A stretch of 64,000 bases of DNA from an uncultured Ruminococcus sp. (GTDB lineage: Bacteria; Bacillota; Clostridia; Oscillospirales; CAG-272), in NCBI GenBank assembly GCA_964621165.1, contig CAZULC010000003.1:30633-94632 (forward strand). Reading direction: 5' to 3'. The translations under genes were made by a program, and so were the position numbers. Under the pieces are notes generated by a model. It saw only the letters and a program-made list of their open reading frames with translations, did not search any database and was not told where the DNA came from. Positions 57,781-64,000 of this stretch are shown here, one piece after another; the first letter of the stretch is position 1, and each line of letters begins with the position of its first letter.

Positions 57781-57854
57781 GTTTCCGTAGCTCAGTTGGA
57801 TAGAGCGACCGCCTCCTAAGCGGTAGGTCGGGTGTTCAAGTCACCTCGGGAACG
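57781..57854 (+). tRNA. tRNA-Arg (anticodon CCT)
   Basis: Hand-folded cloverleaf: acceptor GTTTCCG/CGGGAAC, D arm GCTC...GAGC, anticodon stem ACCGC/GCGGT with loop CTCCTAA, T arm GGGTG TTCAAGT CACCT. No encoded CCA. Confidence 0.9.
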
Positions 57855-57860
57855 TCAATA

Positions 57861-57890
57861 GTCAGAACCGCACATGATTCTGACTTTTTT
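57861..57890 (+). terminator. rho-independent terminator after tRNA-Arg
   Basis: GTCAGAA (57861-57867) / TTCTGAC (57878-57884) followed by T6. Confidence 0.85.
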
Positions 57891-57984
57891 CTTTTCTTCA
57901 CAGCAGTGTTGCTTTTTGCATCGATTTGTGCTATCATATATATAAATAAAAAATACTGCGGACCATACTGAAAGGATAAAAAAT

Positions 57985-59070
57985 ATGACTGGCTATACTT
58001 TCTCGGGAATCGGAACCGGTATGGGCAGCCTGTCGCTTCTATCGAACGCCAAATCCCGCTCAATCAGTCCGGAAAACTTTGACGGAAAAAAGGGAAGAGG
58101 CGGCATGGCAGAGGACGGCACAGGAAAGAGCTGCGCAAGGGATCTTGGAACCGGATGGAAAATATCTCCCTCAGTGAGAATCGAGCCTCACACAACCTAC
58201 ACAATGGCACAGATCGAGGGACCGGGCTGCATCAACCACATATGGCTGACCCCCGCAGGCGCACCCGGACGCTTCGTCATAATCAGAATCTACTGGGACG
58301 ACATCACAGTCCCATCGGTTGAATGTCCCCTCGGCGACTTTTTCGCAAATGCCTACGTTCCGGAGTTCAGACAGATGAGCTCGCTGGCAGTCTGCGTGAA
58401 TCCCCGCAACGGACTCAACTGCTACTGGCAGATGCCATTTCGGAAAAACTGCCGCATAACCGTGGAAAACCTCGCCGACGACGTGTTCACCCTCTATTAT
58501 CAGGTTGACTACCAGCTGACCGATATTCCCGACGGCATGGGATACTTCCACGCACAGTTCCGCCGTACAAATCCGGTGCCGTATAAATCCGTGCATACAA
58601 TCCTCGACGGAGTGAATGGCAAGGGTCATTATGTCGGAACCTACATGGCGTGGGGAGTCAACAACAACGGCTGGTGGGGCGAGGGGGAAATCAAGTTCTA
58701 CATGGACAACGACAGCGAATACCCCACAATCTGCGGTACGGGAACTGAGGACTATTTCTGCGGCGCGTATAACTTCGACAACGAACACAGATATGAGCCA
58801 TTCTGTACCCCCTACACTGGAATGATCCCATATAAACCCGACGGACTGTATAACTCCCAGCAGAGGTTCTCCCTCTACAGATGGCATATCACCGACCCAA
58901 TCCGCTTCGACGAAAATCTCAGGGTCACGATTCAGGACTTAGGCTGGCGCTCCTCCGGCAGGTATCTCCCCATGCAGGATGACGTATCCTCAGTCGCCTT
59001 CTGGTACCAGGACAAACCTAATGGAACCATGCCGCCCCTTCCTGACCGCGATTTCCTCGAGATAATCTGA
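57985..59070 (+). CDS. DUF2961 (GH172-like) domain protein
   Basis: 361 aa. ...SRSISPENFDGKKGRGGMA...GPGCINHIWLTP... and the WGEGEIKFYMDNDSEYPTICGTGTEDYF pattern typical of DUF2961. Confidence 0.7.
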   Translation: MTGYTFSGIGTGMGSLSLLSNAKSRSISPENFDGKKGRGGMAEDGTGKSCARDLGTGWKISPSVRIEPHTTYTMAQIEGPGCINHIWLTPAGAPGRFVIIRIYWDDITVPSVECPLGDFFANAYVPEFRQMSSLAVCVNPRNGLNCYWQMPFRKNCRITVENLADDVFTLYYQVDYQLTDIPDGMGYFHAQFRRTNPVPYKSVHTILDGVNGKGHYVGTYMAWGVNNNGWWGEGEIKFYMDNDSEYPTICGTGTEDYFCGAYNFDNEHRYEPFCTPYTGMIPYKPDGLYNSQQRFSLYRWHITDPIRFDENLRVTIQDLGWRSSGRYLPMQDDVSSVAFWYQDKPNGTMPPLPDRDFLEII

Positions 59071-59141
59071 CCCGAATCCGCAGACAGACTGTTTTCTGAT
59101 TATTACGATAATTCTATTCAACAGAACGGGAGAGATAATTA

Positions 59142-59663
59142 ATGGATAAAAAAATTAAAAGCGAATGGAGCGGATTCTATATAGACAAAGTTATTAACAG
59201 ACGGGAAAATATAGTTGAAAGAACAAAAATTGATAAGCAAAGCTATGTTTTTTTCGCGGAAATCATGAGGTATATCTCATCCGCAGGCATTCCTGACAAG
59301 AGAAACAGAAAAATCCTGAAGCATCGCTACGACAAAGAGGTGTATGATTTGAACACAAAGGAAGGAGTAGCCGTTTATTCGACATGGCAGCTGTGCAGTG
59401 ATATGGAGGACAAACGCTGGGTGGGTACAAACGCGACATTTGAAATTCAGCCGTCCGGAAGCAGGCTCTGCTTTTCAGCCCATGCCCATCCCTATCTGCC
59501 GCGCACACCCTCGCCTGACGATTATCTCATTATCGCAAAGATGAAAGGCAGATCTGTAAACTATATAATCGACCGCTTCGTCTGCGAGGAATATTCTCTT
59601 GACATGTTCAAGCCTTATGAGATAAAAACAAAACCGAAAACTCCGTCTCAGCCTCAGCCCTGA
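59142..59663 (+). CDS. small stand-alone JAB/MPN (JAMM motif) protein
   Basis: 173 aa. HAHPYLPRTPSPDD fits HxHx7SxxD exactly. The 3' end overlaps the convergent methyltransferase gene by 56 nt. Confidence 0.55.
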   Translation: MDKKIKSEWSGFYIDKVINRRENIVERTKIDKQSYVFFAEIMRYISSAGIPDKRNRKILKHRYDKEVYDLNTKEGVAVYSTWQLCSDMEDKRWVGTNATFEIQPSGSRLCFSAHAHPYLPRTPSPDDYLIIAKMKGRSVNYIIDRFVCEEYSLDMFKPYEIKTKPKTPSQPQP

Positions 59664-60225
59664 CGCAAAGTCCCGCTTCCATTATATATCCTGCCATTTC
59701 CTCACGACCGGCGGGGTATATTTTTATTTTCCTGTCGCCATACCTGATGAATTCATCGGTACTTTTGTCCACTGACAGGACGAAGCTTCCGCCGGGGTTC
59801 AGCAGTCCTGCCGCTTTCCTGACAGCATTACGCTTGTCCTCGAAGTGCATGAAGGTCAGGGAAGAGTACACAATGTCAAACCTGCGTGAGAATTCGTACT
59901 CCATAAAATCCCCGCAGACAAGGCTTGCGTTTTCCATCCCTGCCAGATTCACCCTCGCGCGTTCGATTGTCTTCGGTGAAATGTCAATTCCACAGAAAGT
60001 CCCAAACAGTGGACAAACCTTCACCGCAAGTCTGCCGCTTCCCACACCTATTTCGAGGGCGCTTTTGCTTTTGTCCGGAGCCAGCAGCTCAATAAATTTT
60101 TCGCCGTCCCACTTGTCCATGTATTCGCGAAGGGGGGCGGGGTCATGGACGGGATCATTTCCTTCGTCAATCAGGGCGTCATAGTGCCGGATCACATCAA
60201 TATTTCCATTCATATCAGATTTCAT
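59608..60225 (-). CDS. class I SAM-dependent methyltransferase
   Basis: Motif I ALEIGVGSGRLAVKV, post-I GIDISP, and the LNPGGSFVLS motif. Confidence 0.8.
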   Translation of the reverse strand: MKSDMNGNIDVIRHYDALIDEGNDPVHDPAPLREYMDKWDGEKFIELLAPDKSKSALEIGVGSGRLAVKVCPLFGTFCGIDISPKTIERARVNLAGMENASLVCGDFMEYEFSRRFDIVYSSLTFMHFEDKRNAVRKAAGLLNPGGSFVLSVDKSTDEFIRYGDRKIKIYPAGREEMAGYIMEAGLCVRAEAETEFSVLFLSHKA

Positions 60226-61585
60226 CCTTTCTGCCCTTGTTTATGTACGGTAGAAACAGCGCAGGAGATACCGCAAGCGCAATCCAGTCAGCCGCCGGCG
60301 TCGCCCACGCTATTCCTTTGTTTCCGATGTATCTGTTGAAGAATATCATCAGCGGTATGTCAAGACTGCCTTTTCTCAGAAGCGAAAGCACAAGCGGCTG
60401 AATTTTCTGCTTGGTCGCCTGAAACGTGGTGATAATCATGAAGTTTACGGCAGTGGAAGGACAGGTGAAACATATGATTATAAGAAAAGTACGTCCGACC
60501 ATAACCGTTTCGCCGTTGTTTATAAAGCATCCGGTAATCGGCTCGGCAAACGTGAACAGAACAACAGTCGCGGTGCAGGCTATGGTCAGTGTGTATGTCA
60601 GCGTCACCCGTATGGATTGGCTCATTCTCGTCCGGTTGCCTGAGGCGTAGTTGTAGGAAATCAGCGGCATAACCCCCTGAGTCATACCCTGAGCCACACA
60701 GAACGCAATCATGTCAATTTTCTTCGCGATTCCCATTCCCGCCATAACTTCGTTGGAATATGAAGTCACAAGCCGATTCAGGACGCTGTTTGACAGACAG
60801 CCGAGCATCATCATTATAAAGCTGGGCAGTCCACCGACGATAACTTCACTGGGAATTCCGCCTGACAGACTGTAGTCCCGCAGATTCGGCCTGATTGCAG
60901 TCTTGTTTCTGATTCTGTAGATAAAAATGAAGAAATAAGCGGCCGCTGCGGTGTTCGAGAGCATAGTAGCCACCGCCGCACCGGTTATCTAGAGCTTAAA
61001 AACGAATATAAACACCGGGTCGAGAATCATGTTCAGTACACCGCCGAAGGCAACACCGAATCCGGCTTCCTTTGCGTATCCCTCGGTCCGGATCAGGTGC
61101 GCAATTTCCGCGTTGAGTACTGTAGGAACCGCACCCGATGTAATGGTCAGAAAACATAACTCGAGCAATATGTGTAAGTGTCGTCATCCGCTCCGAGAAG
61201 TCCGAGTAAATCCCGACGGAACAGAAGGACTCAGAGTCCATACAGCAGTGATACCGCAATCGACGTCCACACACAGAAAGCGGCGGTTTTCTTAGCCCCA
61301 TCCTCATCCTTGTTTGCCGAGACAGCGTGCGATTTTTCCGGCTCCACCGATTCCGAACAGATTTGAAAGTGCGGTCAGCACCGCAAAAGCAGACATGGCA
61401 ACCGTGGCGGCGGCAACCTGATCCGGGTCATCAAGCTGACCTATGAAAAACGTGTCCGCCATGTTATAAATCACCGTGATTATCTGACTTATGACTGTCG
61501 GCACCGCCAGAGACAGAACCGCACGTCTCACCGGCATCTTCCTGAATAAAAAGACGTTTTCATGCATTTTCATTACTCCCTTCAC
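60215..61585 (-). pseudogene. MATE family efflux transporter, disrupted
   Basis: The N-terminal (61585-61304) and C-terminal (60973-60215) parts share one frame, but the middle is readable only in another frame (DEDGAKKTAAFCVWTSIAVSLLYGL*VLLFRRDLL...). Two compensating frameshifts (near 61300 and near 61165 at a T4 run), in-frame TGA at 61231-61233 at a likely Trp, and in-frame TAG at 60989-60991 (FVFKL*ITGAAVATMLSN). Confidence 0.75.
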
Positions 61586-62141
61586 TTTTTAAACCTGAAA
61601 TCAGGCACATTACCGTAGTCTTAAAGTTTTCTTCTGCGTCCGCCGGATAATGTCTGAAAAAGCCAGCGTTTTCACAGGAAACAAAGCCGTGAACAACGCT
61701 CTTGAATACTCTTTGCCAGTGAATGCGGCGTACCTCGTCAAGTCCATACTGTGACAACACTTCAAAAATCGGCTCCGCTATGGCAGTGGACGTTTCTCTA
61801 AGAACATTCTCAGGCAGAGTAGGCAGGGAAAAGTAACGCTGTATAACCCTCGCCTCTCCTTCGCATAATTTCTGTAAGCGGCGACTAATGCAAGCACGGC
61901 TTCGTCCCGCTCTTTTCCTTCGATTGCGTGAACCAATGTGTCTCTGAGCTGAAATGCTGCGTACCTGCTGACCTCCGCCGCTACCTCATCCGCGTTTTTC
62001 TCATGATTGTACAGCGAAGGCGCCTTGATTCCCAGCTCAGCCGCGAGTTCCCGCATTGGAATGACAGGATTCCCGCTTTTTTCAACCATCTCCACAGCCT
62101 TGGCAAGTATGACCTCCCGGCTGATTCCTTTTTTGTGCCAT
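61560..62141 (-). pseudogene. TetR/AcrR family regulator, frameshifted
   Basis: ATG 62141 is out of frame with the HTH (KKGISREVILAKAVEMVEKSGNPVIPMRELAAELGIKAPSLYNH). The shift is at the A6 run (plus-strand T-run 62129-62134). A second shift near 61805 separates ...YSVTF from SLPTLPENVLRETSTAIAEPIFEVLSQYGLD. Confidence 0.7.
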
Positions 62142-62235
62142 AAATTCTCCGAAACAAAAAACTAACGATGTAAGTATTATACACTAACGCCGTTAGTCAG
62201 TCAATATTATCGGAGAAATTTATAATTAACAGAAG

Positions 62236-63123
62236 TCAGCTTTTGTCCGAGACCAGCGTGTCCCGCACCATAAGAGCAGTGCTTGCCGCCATTATTGCCA
62301 GCGCAACATAAAACTGCACCCCGGGACGCTCGCCAACGATAATCATGCTGAACATAACCCCTAGGAAAGGTGCGATTGAGTAAAACGCGCTTGTTTTGGC
62401 AGCCCCCAAGTCCGCCTGAGCCATGATGTAGAAGTTGATGCTCATGCCGTAAGCCACAAAGCCGAGAGCCATTGAAGCTAAAATCCACATGAATTCAGGA
62501 ATACTCTCGCCTGAACATAACGCTATAACAAGACTTCCCAGCCCCGAGAAAATTCCCTTGATGACGACAATTTCCTCCGAGCTTTTGTTGCTTATCATCT
62601 TTGTGCAGTTGTTCTCAAATCCCCAGCAGAGACAAGCCCCGAGAACAAACAGCGATCCTTTGTTCAAAGCGAACGCACCGGCTCCTTCAAAGCTGAGAAT
62701 CGCGCTTGCCGCCGTCACAAGAACGATAACCAGCCATAACCGCTTCGATATAGCTTCCTTAAAAATAATCAGCGCAATCAATGAAGTAGCCACAATCTCG
62801 AAGTTGTTGAGAAGTGAAACGTTGGCTGAGTTTGTGTATGTAATGCCAAACATAAGCAGAATTGGGGCAAAAATGTCCAGCACCACCATTCCGATGGTGT
62901 AGGGAAGCTCCTTTTTCGTAAGAGGCTCTTTTTTGTTGCCTTTGCCGAACAGCTTCCGCATAAGTCCGTATAAAATCATCCCCACACCGGCCCCAAGATA
63001 GAGCAGGGAAGCCATCATCACCGCTCCCACATGCTCCATCAGCAGCTTCGACAACGGTACGTTTATTGCATACAAAGCCGCAGCCATCACCGCGAACGCC
63101 ATGGCAAGTTTTTTCTCTCTCAT
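62236..63123 (-). CDS. DMT superfamily (EamA-like) transporter
   Basis: 295 aa, ~10 TM, with two EamA-like halves. Confidence 0.8.
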   Translation of the reverse strand: MREKKLAMAFAVMAAALYAINVPLSKLLMEHVGAVMMASLLYLGAGVGMILYGLMRKLFGKGNKKEPLTKKELPYTIGMVVLDIFAPILLMFGITYTNSANVSLLNNFEIVATSLIALIIFKEAISKRLWLVIVLVTAASAILSFEGAGAFALNKGSLFVLGACLCWGFENNCTKMISNKSSEEIVVIKGIFSGLGSLVIALCSGESIPEFMWILASMALGFVAYGMSINFYIMAQADLGAAKTSAFYSIAPFLGVMFSMIIVGERPGVQFYVALAIMAASTALMVRDTLVSDKS

Positions 63124-63191
63124 AAAATCACGCTCCTGTAAGCAAAGTCATAATTTGTATTCCTTCCTGAAATCAAACGGCATAATTTACC

Positions 63192-63508
63192 TCACCTGTT
63201 TTCTTCAAACACCACATCGGAAGGGTATCTGCTTTCGTTAATCTTCGGCTTAACCTTGATGACCTTTTCCAAATCAATATCGTATAAATTTGCAATCGTG
63301 ATAGCGTAATATATGACTTCCCACACCTCTTCGTCAATTGTCCCGATAATATCCTCGTCATCAACCGCTTTGAGACCTTTTCTCATCGCCTGTGACAGCT
63401 CGCCCACCTCCTCCGTCAGCTTTAGAAAATAGTCCTTCGCCAGCTCCGGGTGGTAATCCTTCTGCCTGATGAAATTTTGCAGATACTTGACCGTAGTTTT
63501 CCGTCCAT
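63192..63508 (-). pseudogene. MazG-like nucleotide pyrophosphohydrolase, start-proximal frameshift
   Basis: GGAGT RBS plus ATG 63508 (MDGK...) is out of frame by one base with TTVKYLQNFIRQKDYHPELAKDYFLKLTEEVGELSQAMRKG...WEVIYYAITIANLYDIDLE. An A4 run (plus TTTT 63497-63500) would restore the frame if it were A5. It may still be expressed from the GTG at 63407, but without the EExxE motif. Confidence 0.6.
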
Positions 63509-63563
63509 TTTATACTCCAATTATAACAAAAAAGTCTGCAAACACGAAGTTCACAGACTCTGC

Positions 63564-63649
63564 CGGAAGCGGTGGGATTCGAACCCACGGACCATTGCTG
63601 ATCAACTGATTTCGAGTCAGTCCCGTTATGACCACTTCGATACGCTTCC
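63564..63649 (-). tRNA. tRNA-Ser (anticodon CGA)
   Basis: Hand-folded: acceptor GGAAGCG/CGCTTCC, anticodon stem ACTGA/TCAGT with loop CTCGAAA, long variable arm, T loop GGTTCGAATCC. No encoded CCA. Confidence 0.9.
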
Positions 63650-64000
63650 ATTAACTTGAGTAACTCACTCAAGTCTGTTTATTATACCACAAATTAAGCG
63701 GCTTTGCAATACTTTTTTGAAATTTTTTACTCTGAAAATTATATTTGCGTATTTTATAAAAATTTAAGCTAATAACGCCTAATAGCTAATAAATAAGCAT
63801 TCTGCTTCATGTGATATATAAAATCCATTTTGCCTGACTTTGCGTTTATGCATAAAAATAAAGGTTAAAATTTAGTTAAACCTAACAAAAATAAAAAAAT
63901 TCGATAGATTATATTGACAAAATAGTCCGGGGGGTATAATTAGCTATTGTTGTTTTTGCCCAAGAAACAGCGATGAATTTTAAAAGACTTACATAAGGAG

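Noticed and set aside
28932-61233. Possibility that the in-frame stop codons reflect a reassigned genetic code or programmed read-through
   Set aside because: All three stop codons (TAA, TAG, TGA) occur as in-frame lesions. They co-occur with frameshifts in the same genes. All well-conserved genes in the window terminate normally at these codons with no internal stops.
63650-64000. AT-rich terminal region with TTGACA...TATAAT-like elements and a final AAGGAG
   Set aside because: It is probably the promoter and RBS of a gene beyond the window end. The spacer is only ~15 nt and nothing can be verified within the window.

Overview
Chromosomal segment from a spore-forming Firmicute, Clostridia-like by gene content (SleC-type cortex lytic enzyme, CotH, DHHW/MBOAT pair, LytTR systems, many consensus TTGACA-17-TATAAT promoters). 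Well-supported housekeeping genes are thiI (partial), nrdR, a P-type Ca2+-ATPase, malQ, rpsF-ssb-rpsR, gap, a greA-like gene, tRNA-Arg(CCT) and tRNA-Ser(CGA). The rest is accessory: two ECF sigma loci, a BlaI/BlaR1-like pair, two orphan solute-binding lipoproteins, CotH and lectin-fold lipoproteins, and an operon of three uncharacterised domain families. The most interesting locus is 28.5-37.7 kb. It reads, in order: a consensus promoter, an unannotated 22-codon ORF, a decayed pair of fused TMD-NBD ABC exporter genes, a LytTR response regulator, an AgrC-type (HPK10) kinase with no membrane or sensor domain, and an intact ABC exporter pair preceded by 9-bp direct repeats with 21-bp periodicity (LytTR-box geometry). 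A third, heavily decayed ABC pair lies at 46.1-49.9 kb. At least 13 loci carry in-frame stops (TAA, TAG and TGA) and/or frameshifts, several of them at homopolymer runs. All 13 are accessory genes (exporters, regulators and similar), while long core genes stay intact. Other points worth a second look: a SleC homologue split into two translationally coupled ORFs, an XRE-HTH fused to a long GDV-repeat region, a 0.8-kb cassette between rpsR and gap bounded by 25-bp inverted repeats, a perfect 3 x 21-bp tandem repeat, and a terminator-like hairpin in the leader of the PRiA4-ORF3/DUF1653/UPF0158 operon. All family assignments come from motif recognition by eye; no database search was run.
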